Source of the DNA: a virus | DNA: 52,479 nucleotides | Reading direction: 5' to 3' (one strand) | IMG/VR virus record: IMGVR_UViG_3300045988_166053 | In this document: piece by piece, positions 26,782 to 34,221 of the stretch | Numbering within the stretch: position 1 is the first letter of the stretch | How the letters are laid out: each line of letters begins with the position of its first letter | Made by a program: the position numbers and the translations under genes | Notes under the pieces: model-generated | Seen by the model: the letters and a program-made list of their open reading frames with translations, nothing else | Database searches by the model: none | What the model was told of the DNA's origin: nothing

Positions 26782-27277
26782 TTTTCTCCGTTCTGAGCTT
26801 CTTGCTAACGATTCTCTTAGCCTTCTTCACGGCGTTTATCGTCGTGCTTATCTCTTTGATCACAGTGGTGTCTCCACTATGTGACCTTAGGTATTCATAG
26901 TTGAGGTTCTCGATGGTATCCAAGAACTTCATCAGTATCTCGGCTAAGTCATTATCGATGAAGTAGCTGTTCATGATGTTGTCGATTGTCTTATGGATAC
27001 AGTACGGAAACCTGATGTTTCGATCACTAGGGAATCTGATACGTCGATTAGCAGCAGTCTGCTCCTCGAGATATGCACGCTCGCCAGCACGCTTCAGGCC
27101 CAAAGTAAATGTTATACCGTCGTCCGGATACGTACCGTCATCGATGTCCACGATAGAACAATAGGACAAAGGTATTACGACGCCTTCGCTATCATCACCT
27201 TCGACGGTGTACAGGGCAATCATGTTAGCCTCGATCTCTACGTTGAGCTTCGAGGCAATGAGTCTGACTTTCTTCAT
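26768..27277 (-). CDS. Hypothetical protein; paralog A of the tandem pair.
   Basis: Start at the internal ATG with RBS GGAGAGAA. Homologous blocks ALYTVEGDDSEGVVIPLSYC, NYEYLRSHSGD and KKAKRIVSK. Confidence 0.5.
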   Translation of the reverse strand: MKKVRLIASKLNVEIEANMIALYTVEGDDSEGVVIPLSYCSIVDIDDGTYPDDGITFTLGLKRAGERAYLEEQTAANRRIRFPSDRNIRFPYCIHKTIDNIMNSYFIDNDLAEILMKFLDTIENLNYEYLRSHSGDTTVIKEISTTINAVKKAKRIVSKKLRTEKSDGH

Positions 27278-27333
27278 TTCTCTCCGTTCATAGAAACAAG
27301 GGGGACGAGACGAACCTGCCTCCCTTTTGGTTA

Positions 27334-27633
27334 CTAACCGAACAGGCCATACCTGCTGATATCTTGCAGCAGGAACAAGCCCATGGCGATGCCTTCGATC
27401 ACGATGATCCAGAGGACGAACTTGATGATGATCTTGAGCACGAGCTTCACGACCTCGCCGGCAGTCATGTGCTTGAACCTGACAGACCAAGGTAGCTCAT
27501 CCATCCGCATGGCGTGCTTCGGCGAGATCAGCTCCGGATACTGCTGGTCCATATAGGATTCATAGCCAGCCATGCCAGCATTCTTACGATCGTGATACTG
27601 TGCCAGCTTTGCAGTCTTATCGGTATTGTTCAT
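27334..27633 (-). CDS. Small membrane protein with a C-terminal transmembrane helix.
   Basis: Start at the internal ATG with RBS GGAG. Hydrophobic stretch VVKLVLKIIIKFVLWIIVIEGIAMGLFLL. Confidence 0.45.
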   Translation of the reverse strand: MNNTDKTAKLAQYHDRKNAGMAGYESYMDQQYPELISPKHAMRMDELPWSVRFKHMTAGEVVKLVLKIIIKFVLWIIVIEGIAMGLFLLQDISRYGLFG

Positions 27634-27637
27634 TTGG

Positions 27638-28030
27638 TTATGCTCCAATCTGATTGTTAGGATGTTCAACTGTCCATTCGGAGAACTCGTCGACGAACAT
27701 CTCGGACATTGCTTCTTCCCAGCATTTCATTGACCTCTGCACTTTGCAAAGCGTGGATACAGAGACATCCTCACCGTGCAAGATGCACAGGAATCGAGAC
27801 GTATCGATGACCACGCGACGCACGCCGATCTGCATATCGAGTAAGCGTTGAGCGTAATCAGGGTCGAGAGAGATTTCGATCTTCGATAGCTCATTGAACT
27901 TGTCAGGACGATTGTCCATGATGCACGCAGACTTGAGAGACGCGATGGCACACGTGAAGTCCATCATGATATTGATGTGCGTGATGCCGTCTTCACGGTT
28001 GATGATTCGATTGGCGAACTTGTCTTTCAT
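27638..28030 (-). CDS. Hypothetical early protein.
   Basis: 130-aa ORF. Confidence 0.45.
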   Translation of the reverse strand: MKDKFANRIINREDGITHINIMMDFTCAIASLKSACIMDNRPDKFNELSKIEISLDPDYAQRLLDMQIGVRRVVIDTSRFLCILHGEDVSVSTLCKVQRSMKCWEEAMSEMFVDEFSEWTVEHPNNQIGA

Positions 28031-28251
28031 GATTCACTCCGTTCTTCCGGATTCACCGGATAAAGAAAACAAACGATTTTGTATTTGCACACGCGATGAC
28101 CAATGCACGCCCATTAACAGCTGTACGCCTGCGATCTCGGACAAGCCGCAACCGGCTAGGGCCGGTTGTCCGCACACCGACAGCCATGGGCTGCATCGCG
28201 TGAAAAAAATAACCCTGACGGCCGGATCCGAAGATCCGACCGCCCTGGTTT

Positions 28252-28551
28252 CTAGATGCACAGCTGAGCTAGCTCATTGACGTGCTTCTTGGCATCGTCA
28301 TCCAGATCCGGATAGCTGACGCCATAGATGCCTTTGGCCAGATTAGCGTAGGCTGTTGCCAAGCGTTCTGACTTGTCATCAGGATTAGCCCTGCGATCGT
28401 TCTCGATCTTTTCGGCACGAGCTTGCTCCTTGACGACTTCTGCCATTGCAATGTTGATAGGGTCTTCACGGTCTGCCTTGACCATGAACTTGTAGGCGAT
28501 CATCGCCTGAGGTGACATGTTGTTCAGATCCTCCGGTTTGACGCTGATCAT
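28252..28551 (-). CDS. First gene of the leftward operon; hypothetical.
   Basis: RBS AAAGGAG. An AT-rich putative promoter region lies upstream. Confidence 0.5.
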   Translation of the reverse strand: MISVKPEDLNNMSPQAMIAYKFMVKADREDPINIAMAEVVKEQARAEKIENDRRANPDDKSERLATAYANLAKGIYGVSYPDLDDDAKKHVNELAQLCI

Positions 28552-29470
28552 TTTGATCTCCTTTCGTCAGGATTTATCTTGCGTAATTTACACACTTGAT
28601 TGTTTGGTTGCTTGGTTATTAGGGCTGTTGTCTTATCAGCCACACCAGATAACCAGTTTATCCATCACAAAATACACACATTTACCTAAGAAACCAGGGA
28701 TATAGGGGGTTAGTATATATTAGGATTATTAGGATTTTTTGTTTTCTTTATATCTACCCGCGCTAATTTTTCCAGCTCTCATAAGAACCCTGGATACCAT
28801 GCTCACAGGAAAACCGGACGGACGAACCCTTCCAAGCGGCCAGGGTTTCCCGACTCTCCACGGCCTATCAAGTTTGTCTTATTTATCTTTGTTTATCTGA
28901 TTTCAAATGCTTGTATAGATGGCGGGGGAGGGTAACTGAGATCGGCACCCCACCATTCGCCGCCATCTAACCATACTTGTTGCCCGATCCCCCGTGACCT
29001 CAAAGGGTAACTGCAAATCCGCTGTCGCGGATTCTGCTGCACGTCTTACTGAGATCATCATGGCCAACAGGCATAGCTCCGCCTATGGTACGTAATCCCC
29101 TTATTCAGCTTTTCTAGGCTGCCTTGCTACCACGTCCTCCAAGGAACATAAGGTTAAGGTCTGTCCATGACCGGTATCCGCCCTCCCGTTTTGCCTGCGG
29201 GGAAGGGCTCCCCGTGCGCGCCCGGCGATAAGGCGCGCCTTGAGATCATGGACCTCATCGGCATCCCCACGGCTTAGCCTCGGCTCTCGCTTTATGTCCA
29301 TGCGTACACAGACGGGTTCATTCCGTGGGGAACTTCAATCCTCGGTTATTCAGACTCACTGGCCTCTTTTAAGCCGACCGGGAACGGACGCTATAGTCGC
29401 CATGGAGGAGTTCCGCCTCCAAGTGATGAGTTCATTTTACCATCGCCCTGTCACCGACAATCCGAGTCCT

Positions 29471-29492
29471 ATTATTCTTTTTCGAGAATAAT
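29471..29492. repeat. 22-bp element attattctttttcgagaataat, the left copy of an inverted pair.
   Basis: Its reverse complement equals 29624..29645 apart from one mismatch. The element is also internally palindromic (7-8-7). Confidence 0.8.
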
Positions 29493-29576
29493 GACATTCA
29501 AAGCAGTCGGTGTTATCATTTCTCCTGTGGGGATACGGTCGACCGGGAACTAGACTGCGATCCTTGCAGACACGGT

Positions 29577-29616
29577 GGCCCTCGGAGGAGTTGATCCTTC
29601 GGGGGCCTTTCCTTTG
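29577..29616 (+). terminator. Terminator-like hairpin with a 12-bp stem (ggccctcggagg/ccttcgggggcc) followed by tttccttt, lying inside the inverted-repeat-bounded segment.
   Basis: The stem contains two G-U pairs and is followed by a T-rich tail. Confidence 0.4.
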
Positions 29617-29623
29617 CGTCATG

Positions 29624-29645
29624 ATTATTCTCGAGAAAGAATAAT
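29624..29645. repeat. 22-bp element attattctcgagaaagaataat, the right, inverted copy.
   Basis: Reverse complement of the left copy with one mismatch. The flanking inner sequences are also partly similar. Confidence 0.8.
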
Positions 29646-29958
29646 GCACCCAAGCATCAGAGGTGGTAAGATATCCAAGACGCCCGGATACGGGCACCTA
29701 GATGAGTACGGCGGTCCTTTGCCCTTTTTCCGCTAGCTTGTCCTGGTGACCGATCTGGGCGTCCATCTACATCGGGAGGACTGGATACCATTTAGCAAAC
29801 CCCATTTAGCAACCTTGATGGTGTCAACGAACGTTGCGAACGTCGGAGCAGTTAGCGTCAGTCCTCCCGGCCATTTCGGCGCCTTATCCATTTGAGAAAA
29901 AAAGAATAACGACTTAGACTCTTTGATAGACATGTAGATCGCATTCTAAGGACGACGT

Positions 29959-30618
29959 ATGATAGAGAGCCTTTTGTATCCGAAGAAGCTAACGGAGCCG
30001 CCGCAACTTCTTGTAGATGTAGAGTCGCTGTTTCACAAGGGCGGCAATATGAATACAAGCCTAGTAAGTTTTGTTTACTATTCGTCTAGGAACAAGGCAG
30101 TGAATTATCGACTTATCAGTGTCGGTGAAGATGGCCCGGATACCTTTAGGGTTGGCTTCGTAGCAGACGTAACTGGCATAACTCGTTCAGGCGCTGTGAT
30201 GGCTACCCTAGCGGTACCATTCCAGGACCTAGAAACCGAGATCATGTTGGTCAAGTGTCACGGATGGAGTACGGGGGGGGCCGCCATAATGGGTACGCCA
30301 GATAAGACCGTTGAGAAATCATCGGCATCGATGATAAACCCACCTGAGGTCCTCCCGGCTCCAATGGGTATGCCAGATGGGCATGAATACCTTTTCAAGA
30401 TGAAGGGCTCCGAACTTGAAGGTGGGAAACAGTTCTCATCTTCTGGATCGGGCTACAGCATTTACTTCGACTACATGAACTCCAGGGGTGATATTGGTAC
30501 TGAGTTCCCCGAGATATTTGACCATTATGCTACTGTAGCTCTTGAGGTTATCGTCAAGGTCAAAGTCTACCACTCTAATCTTATGTCTGGATTTCGTCTT
30601 GGTATCGCGCAACTCTAG
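29959..30618 (+). CDS. Hypothetical early protein; intact paralog. It contains a G8 tract at 30273..30280.
   Basis: RBS AAGGA. 219 aa. Homologous across its whole length to the corrected reading of 30641..31295. Confidence 0.55.
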   Translation: MIESLLYPKKLTEPPQLLVDVESLFHKGGNMNTSLVSFVYYSSRNKAVNYRLISVGEDGPDTFRVGFVADVTGITRSGAVMATLAVPFQDLETEIMLVKCHGWSTGGAAIMGTPDKTVEKSSASMINPPEVLPAPMGMPDGHEYLFKMKGSELEGGKQFSSSGSGYSIYFDYMNSRGDIGTEFPEIFDHYATVALEVIVKVKVYHSNLMSGFRLGIAQL

Positions 30619-30640
30619 TTCTCTAAGGATGTGACGACAG

Positions 30641-31295
30641 GTGATAGAGAATCTTTTATGGCCAAAGAAATTAACAGCTCCTCCGCAACTTCTTGTAGAT
30701 GTAGCTGCACTGTTCAGAGGAAAGTTTGGTAATTTCACCATACCTCTAGTCGGTTTTGATGTCTTCTCAGGCACAGAAGTAAACTATCGACTTATTGACG
30801 TCAGCTCGGATGGCTCGAATACCTTCAGGATCGGCTTAATAAATAAGCTAATAAGAAGCAATGGCAGGTCAGTTATGCGCATAGCAATACCGTTCCAGAG
30901 CATTGCAGCCCAGATTGATGAAATCAGGTGCCATGGATGGGACACCCCCCCCCGCCAGCTTATTGAGTACGCCGAGCAAGACTGAAATAAGAAAAAGTTC
31001 GAGCCATATTCAGCCTACGTTAAATCAAATTCGGTTCCGTTTAGATGGGCATAGCTCTCTGTTCAAAATGAAGAGCGACGAGTTTGAAGGTGATGGCTCC
31101 GGGAAACAGTTCCAATCGGCAGGATTGTACAGCGGTCTTGAGTATGGAATTAGCAATAATATCGTCGCTGCCGGACAAGAGTTTACCGAAATGTTCGATA
31201 ACTACTCTGATAAGACGATGGCTCTTGAGGTTATCGTCATGATAAAAGTCTACTCAGGCACTTATCCCTCTGGATTCCAAGTCGGCATCGTGTAG
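30641..31295 (+). pseudogene. Frameshifted paralog of 29959..30618. The frame breaks inside a C9 tract (30945..30953); a C8 tract would give an intact gene of about 218 aa.
   Basis: ORFs 30641..30985 and 30903..31295 both align to the upstream paralog (MIENLLWPKKLTAPPQLLVDV..CHGW / ..LFKMKSDEFEG..ALEVIVMIKVY). The switch between them occurs exactly at the homopolymer. Confidence 0.6.
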
Positions 31296-31411
31296 CCCAA
31301 TTCTCCCTGGCTAGGCTATTGACAGCCTAAAAAGCCGCAGTGCTATCCTAGTCTTCAGAAGGCCCCGGGTCTGCCGAGTCCCCGGGGCCTTCCCTTATAT
31401 CTGGGAGGAAT

Positions 31412-31918
31412 ATGGCGCGTAGCTACGACATAGCCGAGATCATGACGAGTGACGGCGGCCTCAATGAGCAGGTCCGCCGTAAGATCAACCTGAACTTCAG
31501 GCGCGTCGTCGAGATCGCCACGCGCGAGAAATCCGCTTCCGACGGAGCAATGCTGGGAAGCAAGATCCAAGATACAGTTGAATCCTACATCGAGTCGATA
31601 CTCCCTGACCTTATCAAAGAGATCGAGGATAGCTCATTCGATCGCATGTATCCAATAGGATGCGTCATCGTGACACACACGTCGTCGGATCCAAGGTTGA
31701 CTCGCGGCAAGTGGGAAGCTGTCACGTCAGGTAAATACGTTCTCACCGCCGGCTCTGGATATCCAGTCGGATCGACTGGTGGAAGCAATATGATTGAAGC
31801 CGGGAATCTCCCGAATAACGCTAACTCTCTCAGCGTCGATAGTGGCACATCTGAATCTGAGCAGAAGCCATTCATGCCAGAATACATCGCACTTCTTTTT
31901 TACAGGAGGATATCGTAA
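31412..31918 (+). CDS. Hypothetical protein.
   Basis: 168-aa ORF with RBS GGGAGGAA. Confidence 0.45.
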   Translation: MARSYDIAEIMTSDGGLNEQVRRKINLNFRRVVEIATREKSASDGAMLGSKIQDTVESYIESILPDLIKEIEDSSFDRMYPIGCVIVTHTSSDPRLTRGKWEAVTSGKYVLTAGSGYPVGSTGGSNMIEAGNLPNNANSLSVDSGTSESEQKPFMPEYIALLFYRRIS

Positions 31919-32238
31919 TGGATTTTGACCAGCTGATGGCATCCGGGTCGCTGTTGATCGCATTCGCAACCCTCGTCTCGACAACCATCATACGAATCAA
32001 GTCTGACGCCAAGGACGAAAGGTCCCTGTCCATGAAGATGGATTTCCAAACGCAGATTCTCGAAGAGACAAGAGATTGCGTGAAGTCCATCGAGGGTCGC
32101 GTGAATGACATGGATACTAGGATTGCCAAGCTGGAAAGCTCCAGCGAGACTTTGTTTCACAAGGTGGACCGCAACTCCGAGAGGATCGATAAGATCGAGG
32201 ATAGGTTCATCGTGCAGAACATGGGTGGAACTGATTAG
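31918..32238 (+). CDS. Membrane-anchored coiled-coil protein, holin-like or lysis-associated.
   Basis: N-terminal transmembrane segment LLIAFATLVSTTIIRI followed by heptad-like repeats. Sits directly upstream of the holin and lysin. Confidence 0.4.
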   Translation: MDFDQLMASGSLLIAFATLVSTTIIRIKSDAKDERSLSMKMDFQTQILEETRDCVKSIEGRVNDMDTRIAKLESSSETLFHKVDRNSERIDKIEDRFIVQNMGGTD

Positions 32239-32250
32239 AAAGGAAAGCGT

Positions 32251-32496
32251 ATGCTCGACAAGTTCCTAAATGACGACAGCACCGAGATGAGGCTGGCAAG
32301 GACGACCGTGCAGGGCCTTGTGTCTGTCGCAATCGTAGCCGTGCCGATCGCTGTATCCAGCACCATCAAGGATCCCACGGTCGCCTCTCTGGCCACCGCC
32401 GCCATCATGTGCATCCTGTCGCCGGTCATGTCTATGTTTCGCACCGGCAACCCGGAAGATGGGGTAGTCGAGGCTGACAAGGGTAAGGAGGACTAA
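32251..32496 (+). CDS. Holin with two transmembrane helices and a charged C-terminus.
   Basis: GLVSVAIVAVPIAVSS and LATAAIMCILSPVMSMF, followed by EDGVVEADKGKED. Confidence 0.55.
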   Translation: MLDKFLNDDSTEMRLARTTVQGLVSVAIVAVPIAVSSTIKDPTVASLATAAIMCILSPVMSMFRTGNPEDGVVEADKGKED

Positions 32497-32596
32497 TGGC
32501 TGAAGAGATCAAGACTATGTTCGATGAGCCCGCAGACGGCGAGCAGGAACCTGAGAACTCTGCGATGGGCTCCAAGGTAGAGGAGGCATCTGAGTA

Positions 32597-33781
32597 ATGG
32601 CAGGCATTCTCCCCACCATCGTCGACGTATCCGAATGGCAGGGTAACATCGATTGGGCGGCCGTGAAGCCCAACATTCACTTCGCCATCCTGCGCGTCCA
32701 GGACGGCACGTACCTCGATTCCAAGATCTCGCGCAACATCTCTGAATGCGAGCGCCTGGGTATCCCGTACTACTGCTATGGCTTCTATCGCAACGGTGGT
32801 GCCGTCGAGGCGTCCAGGCTCGTCTCGCGCGCCAGGGCTGCCGGTGCCAGGAACTGTCGAGGATTCGTGCTCGACGTCGAGGTCGGCGGTCAGTCTGTCG
32901 CCGGCATCGTATCCGCGGGCAACACGCTCGCCAAGTCCGCAGGCGACAACGGTGTCTATATCGCCAACCATCTGTATGGCCAGTATGCCTCGGTCGTCTC
33001 GCAGCCCTGGGTCAAGTGGACCTGGATCCCGACCTATGGCGTGAACGACGGCCACGCGCACACGCCTCCCAGCCACTATTGCGATCTGTGGCAGTTCACC
33101 TCCGTCGGCCGTGTGCCCGGCATCGCTGGCAGCACTGACTGCAACGCCCTGAACGGCAAACGTGACCTGGCATCGTTCACCTCCGGCACGAAGCCCGTGG
33201 TACCCATGACACCTGAGAAAGCTGATTCGTCCCTGCCGCTGCACGTCCTGGTCGGCAATACGATCCTGGGCATGTACGGAAACGGTGACGCTCGCAAGGC
33301 GAACCTTGGCTCCCGATATGCTGAGGTGCAGAACGCCGTCAACCACATCTGCTCCGCCAAGACGTCCGTCCTCGCTGACGAGACCCAGGCTGGCAAGTGG
33401 GGCAACGGTGACGAGCGCAAGCGTGCCCTCGGTACTCGTTATGACGAGGTTCAGGCTGAGATCAACCGACGTGCTGGCCTCAGCAAGAAGTCCGTTGATA
33501 CCATTGCCGCCGAGGTTATCGCAGGTGCCTGGGGTAACGGTCAGGACCGCCGCAACAAGCTCTCCGCTGCCGGCTATGATCCTGATGCTGTCCAGGCCAA
33601 GGTCAATGCGAAGCTCGGCGTGCAGCCCACCGGTAACCGCTGTTATATCGTCAAGTCCGGTGACACGCTGTCCGGCATCGCACAGAAGGTCGGTTGGGGC
33701 GGCAACTACATCGGCCTTGCCAATAAGAACGGCATCGCCAACCCGAACGTGATCTTCGCGGGTCAGAAGATCTACTACTAG
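32597..33781 (+). CDS. Endolysin: GH25 muramidase + 3 x CW_7 (Cpl-7-type) repeats + C-terminal LysM.
   Basis: DVSEWQGNIDW GH25 signature. Three GxWGNGxxRxxxLGxxYDxVQxxVN repeats (nt ~33239..33617). LysM motif YIVKSGDTLSGIAQK... Confidence 0.85.
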   Translation: MAGILPTIVDVSEWQGNIDWAAVKPNIHFAILRVQDGTYLDSKISRNISECERLGIPYYCYGFYRNGGAVEASRLVSRARAAGARNCRGFVLDVEVGGQSVAGIVSAGNTLAKSAGDNGVYIANHLYGQYASVVSQPWVKWTWIPTYGVNDGHAHTPPSHYCDLWQFTSVGRVPGIAGSTDCNALNGKRDLASFTSGTKPVVPMTPEKADSSLPLHVLVGNTILGMYGNGDARKANLGSRYAEVQNAVNHICSAKTSVLADETQAGKWGNGDERKRALGTRYDEVQAEINRRAGLSKKSVDTIAAEVIAGAWGNGQDRRNKLSAAGYDPDAVQAKVNAKLGVQPTGNRCYIVKSGDTLSGIAQKVGWGGNYIGLANKNGIANPNVIFAGQKIYY

Positions 33782-33811
33782 CACCAGGATGACAAACTCA
33801 TCCCATGAGAC

Positions 33812-33849
33812 GGAAGCTCCAGTGTTGATCGCTGGGGCTTCCTTTTTTC
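33812..33849 (+). terminator. Rho-independent terminator after the endolysin.
   Basis: ggaagc...gcttcc stem followed by TTTTTT. Confidence 0.6.
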
Positions 33850-33910
33850 ATGGGCGATATACGACATTCTCGCCGACATGATATCCCCCGTGTGGTACTA
33901 TCTCATCAAC

Positions 33911-33986
33911 GCCTCCGTAGCTCAGAGGATAGAGCACCGCTCTCCTAAAGCGGGTGTCGACGGTTCGAGTCCGCCTGGGGGCACCA
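33911..33986 (+). tRNA. tRNA-Arg (anticodon CCU), with an encoded CCA.
   Basis: Cloverleaf folded by hand. Acceptor stem gcctccg/tgggggc with two G-U pairs, D arm tagctcagaggatagagc, anticodon loop ctCCTaa, T loop ttcgagt. Confidence 0.8.
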
Positions 33987-34032
33987 TCGCCGGGTAGGGG
34001 GAAGTGATCCGCCCCCCTAACCTGGCGGCCAT

Positions 34033-34107
34033 TCCCTCGTAGCACAAAGGTAAGGGCAGTCGATTTATAATCGTCAGACCTGGGTTCGATTCCCAGCGGG
34101 GGTACCA
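34033..34107 (+). tRNA. tRNA-like gene, probably tRNA-Ile (anticodon UAU), with an encoded CCA. It has three stem mismatches and may be degenerate.
   Basis: Canonical T arm ctggg-TTCGATT-cccag, U8 A9, D loop with GG, anticodon loop ttTATaa (U33, A37). Mismatches at 1-72, 12-23 and 28-42. Confidence 0.45.
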
Positions 34108-34127
34108 TAGACATCCCCTCTCTCGAA

Positions 34128-34169
34128 AGGGCCGCTCCTGTTGACATGCCGGGAGCGGCCCTCCTTTTC
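34128..34169 (+). terminator. Rho-independent terminator after the tRNAs.
   Basis: agggccgctcc...ggagcggccct, a perfect 11-bp stem followed by ccttttc. Confidence 0.6.
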
Positions 34170-34221
34170 ACCTGCTACAATCAATTCTCAGAAGCACATC
34201 CTCGTAAGACGGAGGAACGAT

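Larger units (their letters stand above)
28552..29958. promoter_or_regulatory. 1.4-kb non-coding divergent control region. It contains an AT-rich block (28690..28760), many GC-rich hairpins, direct repeats (cgaccgggaac x2, ggaggagtt x2, catttagcaa x2) and an inverted 22-bp pair. It is a candidate origin, promoters or structured RNA.
   Basis: No ORF longer than about 80 aa on either strand. Both flanking operons start here with good RBSs. The repeat structure is visible by eye. Confidence 0.6.

Noticed and set aside
32432-33784. 450-aa minus-strand ORF antisense to the endolysin. Similar long antisense ORFs occur at 1516..2250, 3246..4070, 7564..8508, 35338..37074, 38776..40668, 41287..43353, 43456..46209 and 48546..50348.
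   Set aside because: These lie opposite genes with clear motifs and RBSs in GC-rich DNA where stop codons are rare. They have no RBS context or coupling and Arg/Ala/Gly-heavy nonsense composition. They are typical antisense artefacts.
34011-34107. A longer, 97-nt version of the second tRNA starting at gcccccc-ta.
   Set aside because: The acceptor pairing was attractive, but I could not form D or anticodon arms without a 20-nt insertion. The 75-nt fold starting at 34033 is simpler, though imperfect.
34141-34221. A TTGACA hexamer in front of the giant gene as a sigma70 promoter, and an N-terminal extension of the giant ORF starting at 34141.
   Set aside because: The nearest -10-like hexamer TACAAT is 29 nt away, and the TTGACA lies inside the terminator hairpin. 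The extension lacks an RBS, whereas ATG 34222 has GGAGG at optimal spacing.
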